From NCBI RefSeq assembly GCF_021545785.1, contig NZ_CP079801.1:2826057-2890056 (forward strand): DNA of 64,000 bases. The letters are read 5' to 3'. The notes beneath the pieces are model-generated. The model was given only the letters and a program-made list of their open reading frames with translations, searched no databases and had not been told where the DNA came from. Of the stretch, positions 28,872-38,312 are shown one piece after another (position 1 is the first letter of the stretch; each line of letters begins with the position of its first letter). The translations under genes and the position numbers were made by a program. Source of the DNA: Halopseudomonas maritima (GTDB lineage: Bacteria > Pseudomonadota > Gammaproteobacteria > Pseudomonadales > Pseudomonadaceae).

Positions 28872-28909
28872 TCATCACATGTAATTCATTGCATTGTTAC
28901 ATGTGATGA
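28872..28909. promoter_or_regulatory. Perfect 13-bp inverted repeat TCATCACATGTAA-N12-TTACATGTGATGA, 15 bp upstream of the yjfI-like start codon; putative operator of the PspA/flotillin/ATPase/PLD operon
   Basis: Seen directly, in the only strongly AT-rich patch of this region. Each arm carries an ACATGT palindrome. Confidence 0.6.
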
Positions 28910-28923
28910 ACTAGTCTCGCTGT

Positions 28924-29544
28924 ATGGAAAAGAAATCATCTGCCTACTATCAACGACTGTATCGTCAGCGCTTGCGTGAGCAGGGGCTGGTCAAGAAGGA
29001 AGTCTGGATATTGCCCGAGCATGCCTCTGCGCTCATGGCAGTAGAACGAAAGCTGCGCCAGCCGATGGCCCAGCTGGACGCAATGGAGAAGGAGATAGAC
29101 ATGAGCATGCAGCAGGTTTGGAGTGCCACGGCGTTGCATAAGGCCTTGAGCGGCACCGAGTTGTTTCAGGGCAAGCGCGCCAGTGTGGAACTGATTGACG
29201 GCAGCGAAGCCAGCTTGCACGTCACCATGCATGACTACGGTGATTTGCCGCTGTTTGTTGCCGTGTTTGGCGAGCAGATCATCGTTGAAGCCTTGTTGTG
29301 GCCGGTGAGTGATGTGCGTGATCTGGCTGAGTTTAATGAAGAGGTGCTGCGCACCCACAAGCTCTTTCCGCTGTCGAGCATCGGCCTGGAGCGTCTGGCC
29401 GACGGCACCGATTGCTACACGATGTTTGGTGCCTTGAGTTCTGGCTCGGCCCTGTCTGATGTGGTGTTCGAGATCGAGCTGCTGGCGGATAACGTGATCA
29501 AGGCGACCGAGGCCTACGAGAACCACCTGGTGATGCAAGCCTGA
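28924..29544 (+). CDS. YjfI-like (DUF2170) protein with an extra 55-aa basic N-terminal extension
   Basis: 206 aa; sits in the position of E. coli yjfI just before the yjfJ-type PspA; the C-terminal two-thirds resemble DUF2170. The N-terminal KK/RR-rich segment could bind nucleic acid. Confidence 0.45.
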   Translation: MEKKSSAYYQRLYRQRLREQGLVKKEVWILPEHASALMAVERKLRQPMAQLDAMEKEIDMSMQQVWSATALHKALSGTELFQGKRASVELIDGSEASLHVTMHDYGDLPLFVAVFGEQIIVEALLWPVSDVRDLAEFNEEVLRTHKLFPLSSIGLERLADGTDCYTMFGALSSGSALSDVVFEIELLADNVIKATEAYENHLVMQA

Positions 29545-29558
29545 CAAGGAGAAAGCTG

Positions 29559-30254
29559 ATGAACGTGTGGAGCAAATTGCTGACTGCAATGCGTGGTGGC
29601 GCCCATGAGGCAGGCGAGGCGCTGGTCGACAGCCAGGCGCTGCGTATCCTCGATCAGGAAATTCGTGATGCTGATGCCGAGTTGCACCGGTCCCGCGAAG
29701 CGCTGGCCAATATCATGGCCAAGCAGAAGCTGGCAGCGGACAAGTTGAGCAAGGTCTCGGCGCGCGTCGCTGAGTATGAGCAGTATGCGCTCAAGGCGCT
29801 GGAGTCTGGTGACGAGGCGCTGGCGCGTGAAGTTGCCGAGAAGATCGCAGGCCTGGAAAACGAGGCAAAGCTGGAGTCCGAGCAGGCTGAGGCCTATGCC
29901 ACCAGCGTGGCCAATCTGCGTCAGGCGGTGCAGCAGGCCGAAGGCAATATCAAGCGTCTGAAGCAGCAGGTTGATGTGGTCAAGGCTACCGAGAGCGTGC
30001 AGAAGGCGCAGCTTGCGGTGTCACAACGCTACGGCGGCTCTCAGGCCAAGATGCACACCGCGCTGGAATCGCTGGAGCGTATCAAGCAGAAGCAGGCCGA
30101 GCGTGGCGCCCGCATGGAAGCCGCGGCGGAGCTTGCGGTCGAGGGCAGCCCAGACCAGGCGCTTGAAGAAAAGCTGCGGGCGGCGGGCATTACGCCGGCC
30201 TCCGGCAGTGCGGACAGCGTGCTGGCACGCCTGAAGCAGCGCTCCGATAGCTAA
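29559..30254 (+). CDS. PspA/IM30-family protein (YjfJ-like, ESCRT-III-like), copy 2
   Basis: 231 aa coiled-coil; MNVWSKLLTAMRGGAHE...ALRILDQEIRD N-terminus matches copy 1 and the PspA family; 14 bp after the upstream gene. Confidence 0.85.
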   Translation: MNVWSKLLTAMRGGAHEAGEALVDSQALRILDQEIRDADAELHRSREALANIMAKQKLAADKLSKVSARVAEYEQYALKALESGDEALAREVAEKIAGLENEAKLESEQAEAYATSVANLRQAVQQAEGNIKRLKQQVDVVKATESVQKAQLAVSQRYGGSQAKMHTALESLERIKQKQAERGARMEAAAELAVEGSPDQALEEKLRAAGITPASGSADSVLARLKQRSDS

Positions 30255-30280
30255 ACCTTGCAAGCGGTCAGGGAGGGGGG

Positions 30281-30922
30281 ATGGAGCTTTTCTTTCAGAC
30301 GTCGCTGACGTTTCCGGTGGTGCTGTTCAGCTTCATGCTGTGCGTGGCCCTGTTGTATTGGCTGACGGTAGCGCTGGGCGCGGTGGATGTTGACGTGCTG
30401 GATGCCGGCGGTGACGGCGGCATGGACGACCCGTCCAATGCCGAGGGGCTGGGTGGCCTGCTGATGAAGCTGGGCCTGCATGAGGTCCCGCTCACGCTGG
30501 TACTGACGGTGCTGGTGTTCTTTGCCTGGCTGGCCAGTTACTTCGCGCAGCTGTTGCTGCTGGGCTGGCTGCCGTTAGGGCTATTGCGCTACCCCGTGGG
30601 CCTGGTGGTGATCGTGCTGGCGCTGGTGGTGGCTGTGCCTGTCACCCGGCTGGTGGTGGCGCCGTTGCGACCGCTGTTTCGCAAGGTATTGGGTTCGACC
30701 ACGCGCTCGTTGCTGGGGCAGGTGGTGGTGGTGCGCTCGCCGCTGGTCAGTGATCGACTGGGCGAGGCGGTGATGGAAGACGGCGGTGCGGGCCTGATCC
30801 TGCGTGTGCGCGCGGACCCGGCGCTGGGGTTCAAGCGTGGCGACCGCCTGGTCCTACTGGAATACCTGGAGGCGGAGCACGCCTATCGGGTGATCGGTGA
30901 AGACGAATTTAACGGGAAATAG
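30281..30922 (+). CDS. YqiJ/DUF1449-like inner-membrane protein (NfeD-like C-terminal OB-fold; partner of flotillin)
   Basis: 213 aa; N-terminal TM, acidic DAGGDGGMDDPS loop, 2-3 further TMs, C-terminal beta-rich ...GDRLVLLEY...YRV domain as in E. coli YqiJ; immediately before the flotillin gene. Confidence 0.6.
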   Translation: MELFFQTSLTFPVVLFSFMLCVALLYWLTVALGAVDVDVLDAGGDGGMDDPSNAEGLGGLLMKLGLHEVPLTLVLTVLVFFAWLASYFAQLLLLGWLPLGLLRYPVGLVVIVLALVVAVPVTRLVVAPLRPLFRKVLGSTTRSLLGQVVVVRSPLVSDRLGEAVMEDGGAGLILRVRADPALGFKRGDRLVLLEYLEAEHAYRVIGEDEFNGK

Positions 30923-30976
30923 TGCGAGACGGCACTATTCAGGTGCTGTGTTGCCCTGCAAAGGAGTTTGAGCGTA

Positions 30977-33025
30977 ATGAGTATGTCTATGGTAATGCCC
31001 TTCCTGATCGGGGTCGGTATTGTCTTTCTGCTGATCGTCGGTTTTTTTGTCCTGTTCAATGCGTTCTACATCAAGGTGCCCCAGGGCACGGCGTTGATTG
31101 TGAACGATATGAGCTCTACCCCCAAAGTGCACTTCACCGGGGCGCTGGTTTATCCAGTGATCTACAAGAAAGAGTTCATGAAAATCTCCCTGCTGACGCT
31201 CGAAGTGGATCGACGTGGCAAGGATGGGCTTATCTGTCAGGACAACCTGCGAGCTGATATCACCGTTGCCTTCTATCTGCGGGTAAACGAGACCCAGCAG
31301 GACGTGCTCAAGGTGGCCAAAGCAATTGGGGTGGACCGAGCCTCTGACCGCACCGCCGTCAATGAGCTGTTCAACGCCAAATTCTCCGAAGCGCTGAAGA
31401 CGGTCGGTAAAAAGTTTGAATTTGTCAGCCTGTTTGAAGAGCGTCAGAACTTCCGTGACCGCATCATCGAGGTCATCGGCAACGACCTGAACGGCTATGT
31501 GCTGGAAGACGTTGCAATCGATTACCTCGAGCAGACGCCGCGCACCTCGCTTGACCCCACCAACATTCTTGATTCCCAGGGTATTCGCAAGATTACCGAG
31601 CTGACTGCAACCCAGAACGTGATCACCAACGAGCTGGAGCGCAACGAAGAGCTGGCGATCATGAAGAAGAACGTCGAAACCCGCGAAGCGACGCTGGCAC
31701 TGGAACGCCAGCAGGCGGATGCCGAGGCGCGCCAGCAGCGTGAAATCGAAACCATTCGGGCGCGTGAGCAGGCCGAAACTGTCAAGGTGCAGGAAGAAGA
31801 GCGCCTCAAGGCTGAGCAGGCGCGTATCCAGACCCAGCAGGATCTGGATATTCGCAGCGAGAACCACCACCGCGAAGTCGAGGTGGCCCAGCAGAATCGC
31901 CAGCGCGCTGTGGTAATCGAGGTTGAGAAAGTAACCCGTGCGCGTGATCTGGAAGTGGTCGCTCGCGAGCGTGAAGTTGAACTGCAGCGCATCGAGAAAG
32001 AAAAGGCGCTGGAGGAAGAACGCAAGAATATTGCCGGCGTGATTCGCGAGCGTGTTGCGGTCGAGAAAACCGTGGCGCAGGAAGAGGAGCGCATCAAGGA
32101 AGTACGCGAAGTCGCCGAGGCCGATCGCCAGAAGCAGGTTCAGGTGCTCAATGCACAGGCCGAGGCAGAGCAGGAGCTGGTGCGGCAGGTCAAGCAGGCC
32201 GAGGCCGATGAAACCAAGTCGCGCCACAAGGCTGTCGAGATGAATAACCTGGCCCAGGCCGAGCTGGAAGCGGCTGCCAAGCAGTCCGAGGCGGCCAAGA
32301 AGCGCGCCGAAGGTACGCAGGCAGAAGCCGCTGCCAATGGCCTGGCTGCGGCCCGTGTGCGCGAAGTGACCGCCGCCGCCAAAGAGAAGGAAGGTCTGGC
32401 CGAGGCGCGCATCCAGTCCGAGCAGTTGATTGCTCAGGCCAAGGGCGAGCAGGAGCAGGGGCTGGCGCAAGCGCGGGTGATCGAGGCGCAGGCGGCTGCG
32501 AAGGAGAAAGAAGGTCTGGCAGAAGCCAAGGTGCTGGAAGAAAAGCTCACCGCACAGGCGCGCGGCGAAGAGCAGCTTGGTGTGGCCAAGGCCCGCGCGG
32601 CCAAGGATCAGGGGCTGGTCGAGGCCGAAGTATTGCTGGAGCGCCTCAACGCCGAAGCCGAAGGTCTGGGCAAAAAGTTCTCCGCACTCGATGCGCTCAG
32701 TGCCGACGCCCGTCAGCACGAAGAGTTCCGCATGCAGCTTGAGAAGAGCTTCGAAGAAGCGATGGCCGCCATCGCCGCCAATAAGGACATTGCGCGGGAT
32801 CAGGCAGAGGTACTGTCGACAGCACTCGGCAAAGCCAATATCGAGATCGTGGGCGGGGAGGGTGACTTCTTCAACTCCTTTGCCAAGTCGCTGTCGGTGG
32901 GCAAGGCCATCGAAGGTGTGGTCGGCAAGAGCCCGGTCGTGCAGGACGTGCTGCAACGGCTGCTGGCCGGTCGTGGCAACGGTGATATGCCGAGCGTCGC
33001 CAACAAGGGCGACGCAGAGGCCTGA
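30977..33025 (+). CDS. Flotillin-family SPFH/band-7 protein (YqiK-like) with an extended repetitive coiled-coil tail
   Basis: About 682 aa from ATG 30977 (AAGGAG SD 10 nt upstream); N-terminal TM then SPFH domain then ~400 aa E/A/K/R-rich coiled coil including a 40-aa internal tandem repeat (AAAKEKEGLAEA...). Confidence 0.85.
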   Translation: MSMSMVMPFLIGVGIVFLLIVGFFVLFNAFYIKVPQGTALIVNDMSSTPKVHFTGALVYPVIYKKEFMKISLLTLEVDRRGKDGLICQDNLRADITVAFYLRVNETQQDVLKVAKAIGVDRASDRTAVNELFNAKFSEALKTVGKKFEFVSLFEERQNFRDRIIEVIGNDLNGYVLEDVAIDYLEQTPRTSLDPTNILDSQGIRKITELTATQNVITNELERNEELAIMKKNVETREATLALERQQADAEARQQREIETIRAREQAETVKVQEEERLKAEQARIQTQQDLDIRSENHHREVEVAQQNRQRAVVIEVEKVTRARDLEVVAREREVELQRIEKEKALEEERKNIAGVIRERVAVEKTVAQEEERIKEVREVAEADRQKQVQVLNAQAEAEQELVRQVKQAEADETKSRHKAVEMNNLAQAELEAAAKQSEAAKKRAEGTQAEAAANGLAAARVREVTAAAKEKEGLAEARIQSEQLIAQAKGEQEQGLAQARVIEAQAAAKEKEGLAEAKVLEEKLTAQARGEEQLGVAKARAAKDQGLVEAEVLLERLNAEAEGLGKKFSALDALSADARQHEEFRMQLEKSFEEAMAAIAANKDIARDQAEVLSTALGKANIEIVGGEGDFFNSFAKSLSVGKAIEGVVGKSPVVQDVLQRLLAGRGNGDMPSVANKGDAEA

Positions 33026-33086
33026 TTCACCCTTTCGCTTGCGCCCCGGCATGGCTGGGGCGTTGCATTGCTAAGCCAATTCGGGA

Positions 33087-36000
33087 ATGACGAGGATGTC
33101 AGAGTCAGCAGGCGAAGATCAGGCACAGGGCCTGGTTGATCGGGCTGTAGCTGAAGGCGGTGCCTACGAGGTGTTGCACAAGCGGCTGCTGGAACAGGGG
33201 CGGCAACTTGCCGGCCTGGCCGAAGCACTGAATGCCCAGCGGCAGCAGGAGTTTGGCAGTCAGCCGATTGAAGTGATTGGTCGCACGCGCGTGCGCACTG
33301 AGAACAACTGCATCGCACGCGATATCGCCCAGGTCGGCGGGCTGATGCTGTTCGGCTACAACGTGTTTATCGGGCTCAAGCAGGAAACCCGGGTACAGGA
33401 CGTTTTCTCCCTTTATCGGCTGGTTCAGCAGGATGGCGAGTACGACGCTCAGGCTGTCGATCTGGCCGGCAGCTTTCTGGCCGAGGCCAGCTTCGTCAAC
33501 GACTTTGACGAGCTCTATCGCTACTACAAGAACACGCGGCTGCTGCAACTGAGCGTGCGTGACGGCAAGTTGCTGGCGGCCTTCCAGATTGGCGAGCGGA
33601 TCAGCGATGTGCGCGTCTTCCGCTGGTCGGTGTCGGCTGATGGCGGTCAGGTGCGCTACATCGATAACCGCGGTGAGCGTGACATTCAACTGCCGCGCCC
33701 CTTTGATTTCGAGTGGACAGCCGCCGGCCGCGACGCTGTGGTGCAGGGCCGCCACTCGCATTTCAATATTCTCGATACCCTGTTTGTCGACACCCTGGGT
33801 GGTGACCTGACCGTCAAGGTGGAGAACAACACCGAGGACGGCCTGGGTATCTACCGCGAGCCGGTTGCCGACAAGACCCAGTCGCTGAATGATGTGCAGA
33901 TCGAGTACGCACACCTGGGCACCCTGATTCTGCTGAAGGTGCTGCCGTACCGTGAGGAGCAGTGGCGTTATCTGGTATTCAATACCCTGACGCGCAAGGT
34001 ACAGCGCATCGATGCGATTGGGCAGGCCTGCGTGCAGCTGCCGGAAGATCACGGCATCATCTTCCCGGGCGGCTGCTATCTGCAAAGTGGCGAGTACCGC
34101 ACCTTTGATCAGCCCATGGACGGCATGCGCTTCAAGCGCTCTGTCCGCTCGCCCAACGGCGAGGATGTGCAGTACGTTTTCTACCACCCGGAGCAGGGCC
34201 GTTCGGCGCTGTTTACCTACAACCTGATCAGTCGCGAATTGCAGAGCCCGCAATTTGGCCACGGGCATGCGCGCCTGGCTGACGGGCGCATGGTGATCTT
34301 TTCTGCCGAAGGGGATGAGCCTACGCGCATCCATCCGATGCAAATCTGGCAGACGCCGTTCTATACCGATGAGCACGCGGCGACCCAGCCGCAACGCGGC
34401 GGCTTCTTTGGGCGCATAGGCAACGCCGAGCTGGTGCGCGGCGTATCTGACTTGCTCAATCTGGCGCGTGAGATCGACAGCAATGAGGTGTCGCTGCAGC
34501 GCTATGCGCTGCTGTGCCAGGAAACCCAGCGCCTGTTTGATGCCTATTACTGGCTCAGTGATGAGGCTTGTGGCGGCGTTGCCCCCTTGCTGCGGCAGAT
34601 ATCCTCCAGTGCGGCCATGGTGCTGGACGAGTTCGAGAAGGTCGAGAGTATTCGGCAGCAGTCAGCGCGGGCCATGACGGAGGCGCAGACACGTCAGCAG
34701 GAGCTGATGTCGGGCCTGTCGGTGCAGGAGTTCTCTGATGTTCAGGCCTACGTTGATGCGCTGGGGGCGCTCAATGCCCAGCGCGGCAAGCTGCTCACCA
34801 TTCGCGAGTATCGCTACATCAATGTTGCGCAGATCGACGAGATGGAAGCGCAGCTGCTTACCGAGCATGAGCGGTTGGCAGCAGAGGTGTCCAGTTTTCT
34901 GGCCGGCGAGCAGGCGCTGGCGCCTTATCACCAGCAGCTGCAGGCGCTCGATACCAGTGCTGAACAGGCTGAAACAGTCACTCAACTGGCGGAACCGCTG
35001 GAGCAATTGATCGCCATGGCGGCGGGCTTGGATATGCTGTCCGAGCTGATAGCGTCGCTGCGTATTGACGACGCTACCCAGCGCACCCGCGTGGTGGAGG
35101 CCATCTCTGAGCTGTACGCCAAGCTCAACCAGTCCAAGGCGCGAGCCGAGTTGCGGCGCAAGTCGCTTGGTTCGGCCGAGCAGGTGGCGCAATTTGGCGC
35201 CCAGTTCAAGTTGTTCAGCCAGGCAATTACCAATGCGCTGGCGCTGGCGCAGGACCCTGAGAGCTGTGATGAGCAGCTGTCGCGCCTGCTGGTTCAGCTG
35301 GAAGAGCTGGAGAGCCAGTTCGGTGGCCATGAGGCGTTTCTGAGTGACATCCTCGATAAACGAGAAGAACTACTTGAGACCTTCGAGGCCCATCGCCAGC
35401 GTCTGCTGGATGAGCGTCAGCGCCGTGCCCAGGGTCTGCAGGATGCCGCAGTACGCATCATCGACAGCTTGCCACGGCGCACCGGTCGGTTGACCGAGCC
35501 GGATCTGCTGAACGCCTTTTTTGCCACCGACCCGCTGATTCTCAAGCTGCGTGAGCTGATCGAGCGGCTGCGCGACCTGCACGACAACGTCAAGGCTGAT
35601 GATATTGAGGCGCGCCTCAAGGGTGCGCGGGATCAGGCGGTGCGTGGCCTGCGCGACAAGCGCGAGCTGTTCGAAGGTGGCGGAAATGTTATTCGGCTGG
35701 GGCCGCGTCACCGCTTCAGTGTCAATGCCCAGGAACTCGATCTGACCCTGCTGCCCCGTGGTGACTCGCTGAGCCTGCACCTGACGGGCACCGACTATTT
35801 TGAGCCCTTGGTCAATGACGAGCTGGACGCCCTGCGCGACTACTGGGATGGCGGCCTGCTGTCCGAGTCCCCGCAGCTGTATCGCGCCGAATACCTAGCC
35901 GGTGAGGTTATTGCGCTCGCTCAGCGTGCTGAAGCCGGCCTGAGCATGGAGCTGCTGCATCAGCAACTGCTGGAGCCTGAACACTTGGTACGCACGCTGC

Positions 36001-38312
36001 GCGAGATCGCGACGCCGCGCTATCGCGAGGGGTACGAGAAGGGGATTCACGATCACGACGCGGCGCTGATTCTGGCGCAGCTGCTGCCGCTGCTCGCCAG
36101 CGCCGGCCTGCTGCGTTTTGACCCGCAGGCGCGGGCGCTGGCAATGCTGTTCTGGGCGCAGAGTGCCGATACGCCGGCGGTGTCCGGCTGGGCTGAACGG
36201 GCCGCGGCCGTGCTGCAGATTCAGCAGTTGTTCGGGCGCGCCGACGCGCTGCTGCAATTACAGGGCGAGGTGCAGTCCAGCCTTGCTGAGTGGCTGCAAG
36301 GGCGCCTGATCGAGGCTGACAGCAGAACGCTGGCAGCCGCCGCCGCCTGGTTGATCGAGTGGCTGGCTGAGCCGCAGCCGATCTGGCAGGTCAGCCGGTA
36401 TGCCCAGCAGCTTTATGTTGGCCTGCAGGACTATCTGGCACCACTGGGTCTGTGGGACAGCTGCATGCAGTCGGTTGAGCGCCTGGCTGGCGCGCCGGGG
36501 CAGCAGTGGCAGTTTTTGCAGCACTGGTTTAGCGGCTTGTGTGAGCAGGACGATTTTGCCCCGCTGCGTCGTTACGTACCTGAAGCGGTTGCCTTATGTC
36601 TGCTGCAGCCGCAGGTTCAGGTGACCGTTGTCGAGGTTGACCTGCGGTTTGCGGTGTCTGGTCTGCTGGGACAGCACCCACGCGTGCGGGACGGAGCGCT
36701 GACGCTGGCGGTGGATGAGTTCTTTACTCGCCTACGTCAGCACCGGCAGGATTTTCAGCCGGGTCTGGAGCGCTATCAACAGTTGCGTCAGCAACTGCTT
36801 GATGAGCAGCGCAAGACGTTGCGGCTGGCTGAGTTCAAGCCGCGCCCGCTCACCTCCTTTGTGCGCAACCGCCTGATCAACGACGTGTATCTGGGCGTTA
36901 TCGGTGACAACCTCGCCAAGCAGATGGGTACTGTGGGTGAGGGGCGGCGCTCGGACCTGAACGGTCTGCTGATGCTGATTTCCCCGCCCGGTTACGGCAA
37001 AACCACGCTGATGGAGTATGTGGCGCACGCGCTGGGTCTGGTGTTCATGAAGATCAATGGGCCGGCGCTGGGACATGAGGTGCGCTCGCTGGATCCGGCG
37101 CAGGCGCCCGATGCGACGGCCGCGCAGGAGCTGGTCAAGCTCAATCTGGCGCTGGAGATGGGCAATAACGTGATGCTGTATGTCGATGACATTCAGCACA
37201 CCCACCCGGAGTTTCTGCAGAAATTCATCTCGCTGTGCGATGGCACCCGCCGTATTGAAGGCGTCTGGAAGGGGCGCACACGTACCTATGACATGCGCGG
37301 TCGCAAGTTTGCCGTGGTTATGGCTGGTAACCCCTACACCGAGTCCGGTGAGGTGTTCCGCATTCCGGACATGCTGGCCAACCGTGCCGACATCTATAAC
37401 CTCGGTGACACCCTGGCGGGTATGAATGATGTGTTCGCGCTCAGCTATATCGAGAACAGTCTGACCTCCAACTCCGTGCTCGCCCCCCTGGCTGGCCGCG
37501 ATCTGAACGACTTGTACCGCCTGGTAGCCAAGGCTGAAGGCAAGCCGTTCTCTGCCAATGAGTTGAGTTACGACTACAGCGCTGCGGAGATCAACGACAT
37601 GGTTGCCACCCTGCAGCGCATGATGCAGCTGCGTGATGTGGTGCTGCGGGTCAACCAGCAGTACATCGCCAGCGCCGCGCAGGATGATGGCTATCGCACC
37701 GAGCCGCCGTTCAAGTTGCAGGGCAGTTATCGCAACATGAACAAGCTGGCGGAGAAGGTGTCGGCGGTGATGAACGAGCAGGAACTGCAGCAACTGGTCG
37801 ACGATCACTACCAGGGCGAGTCGCAGCTGCTGACCACCGGGGCAGAGGAGAACCTGCTCAAGCTGGCCGAGTTGCGCGGCACGCTGAATGCAGAACGTGC
37901 CGAGCGCTGGCGACAGATCAAGGCAGATTTTCTGCGCAATCGCGCGATGGGTGGTGACGACGCGGATGTAGGCAAGCGCGTGGTCGGTCAGCTGAGCGAT
38001 CTGGTGCAGAGCGTGCGCGCCTTGGCCGGCTCTGGGCAGTCGGAGGTGGCTGTGCCCTGGGATGAGCTGCTCGCTGCGTTGCAGTCGCTGCACAAGCTGA
38101 GCCCCAAGGTGCGTGTCGTGATGCCGCCCCAGCAGCTGATTCAGCAGATGCTCGACGGGCTGTCGGACAGCATGCGCGCAACAGTGACCCCACTGGCTGA
38201 TGTGATGGACCGTCAGGTGGTGGCCGGGCGGGAGGCGCAGACCCAGTTGCTCGACATTGTGCGGCAACTGAAGGTCGTGACCCTGGATGACCAGGATGAC
38301 AGCAAACCATGA
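33087..38312 (+). CDS. Giant 1741-aa protein: beta-rich N-terminal region, ~750-aa helical region, C-terminal MoxR/AAA_5-type (dynein-related) AAA+ ATPase domain
   Basis: Walker A LISPPGYGKTTL (nt ~36985-37020); Walker B VMLYVDDIQHT (~37165-37200); sensor-1 AVVMAGNPYTESG and arginine RIPDMLANRADIYNL (~37310-37400). Stop overlaps the start of the PLD gene (ATGA). Confidence 0.8.
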   Translation: MTRMSESAGEDQAQGLVDRAVAEGGAYEVLHKRLLEQGRQLAGLAEALNAQRQQEFGSQPIEVIGRTRVRTENNCIARDIAQVGGLMLFGYNVFIGLKQETRVQDVFSLYRLVQQDGEYDAQAVDLAGSFLAEASFVNDFDELYRYYKNTRLLQLSVRDGKLLAAFQIGERISDVRVFRWSVSADGGQVRYIDNRGERDIQLPRPFDFEWTAAGRDAVVQGRHSHFNILDTLFVDTLGGDLTVKVENNTEDGLGIYREPVADKTQSLNDVQIEYAHLGTLILLKVLPYREEQWRYLVFNTLTRKVQRIDAIGQACVQLPEDHGIIFPGGCYLQSGEYRTFDQPMDGMRFKRSVRSPNGEDVQYVFYHPEQGRSALFTYNLISRELQSPQFGHGHARLADGRMVIFSAEGDEPTRIHPMQIWQTPFYTDEHAATQPQRGGFFGRIGNAELVRGVSDLLNLAREIDSNEVSLQRYALLCQETQRLFDAYYWLSDEACGGVAPLLRQISSSAAMVLDEFEKVESIRQQSARAMTEAQTRQQELMSGLSVQEFSDVQAYVDALGALNAQRGKLLTIREYRYINVAQIDEMEAQLLTEHERLAAEVSSFLAGEQALAPYHQQLQALDTSAEQAETVTQLAEPLEQLIAMAAGLDMLSELIASLRIDDATQRTRVVEAISELYAKLNQSKARAELRRKSLGSAEQVAQFGAQFKLFSQAITNALALAQDPESCDEQLSRLLVQLEELESQFGGHEAFLSDILDKREELLETFEAHRQRLLDERQRRAQGLQDAAVRIIDSLPRRTGRLTEPDLLNAFFATDPLILKLRELIERLRDLHDNVKADDIEARLKGARDQAVRGLRDKRELFEGGGNVIRLGPRHRFSVNAQELDLTLLPRGDSLSLHLTGTDYFEPLVNDELDALRDYWDGGLLSESPQLYRAEYLAGEVIALAQRAEAGLSMELLHQQLLEPEHLVRTLREIATPRYREGYEKGIHDHDAALILAQLLPLLASAGLLRFDPQARALAMLFWAQSADTPAVSGWAERAAAVLQIQQLFGRADALLQLQGEVQSSLAEWLQGRLIEADSRTLAAAAAWLIEWLAEPQPIWQVSRYAQQLYVGLQDYLAPLGLWDSCMQSVERLAGAPGQQWQFLQHWFSGLCEQDDFAPLRRYVPEAVALCLLQPQVQVTVVEVDLRFAVSGLLGQHPRVRDGALTLAVDEFFTRLRQHRQDFQPGLERYQQLRQQLLDEQRKTLRLAEFKPRPLTSFVRNRLINDVYLGVIGDNLAKQMGTVGEGRRSDLNGLLMLISPPGYGKTTLMEYVAHALGLVFMKINGPALGHEVRSLDPAQAPDATAAQELVKLNLALEMGNNVMLYVDDIQHTHPEFLQKFISLCDGTRRIEGVWKGRTRTYDMRGRKFAVVMAGNPYTESGEVFRIPDMLANRADIYNLGDTLAGMNDVFALSYIENSLTSNSVLAPLAGRDLNDLYRLVAKAEGKPFSANELSYDYSAAEINDMVATLQRMMQLRDVVLRVNQQYIASAAQDDGYRTEPPFKLQGSYRNMNKLAEKVSAVMNEQELQQLVDDHYQGESQLLTTGAEENLLKLAELRGTLNAERAERWRQIKADFLRNRAMGGDDADVGKRVVGQLSDLVQSVRALAGSGQSEVAVPWDELLAALQSLHKLSPKVRVVMPPQQLIQQMLDGLSDSMRATVTPLADVMDRQVVAGREAQTQLLDIVRQLKVVTLDDQDDSKP

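Noticed and set aside
33030-33060. Hairpin CGCCCC-N9-GGGGCG after the flotillin gene as an intrinsic terminator
   Set aside because: Short 6-bp stem, long loop, no U-tract; more likely weak secondary structure within a polycistronic mRNA
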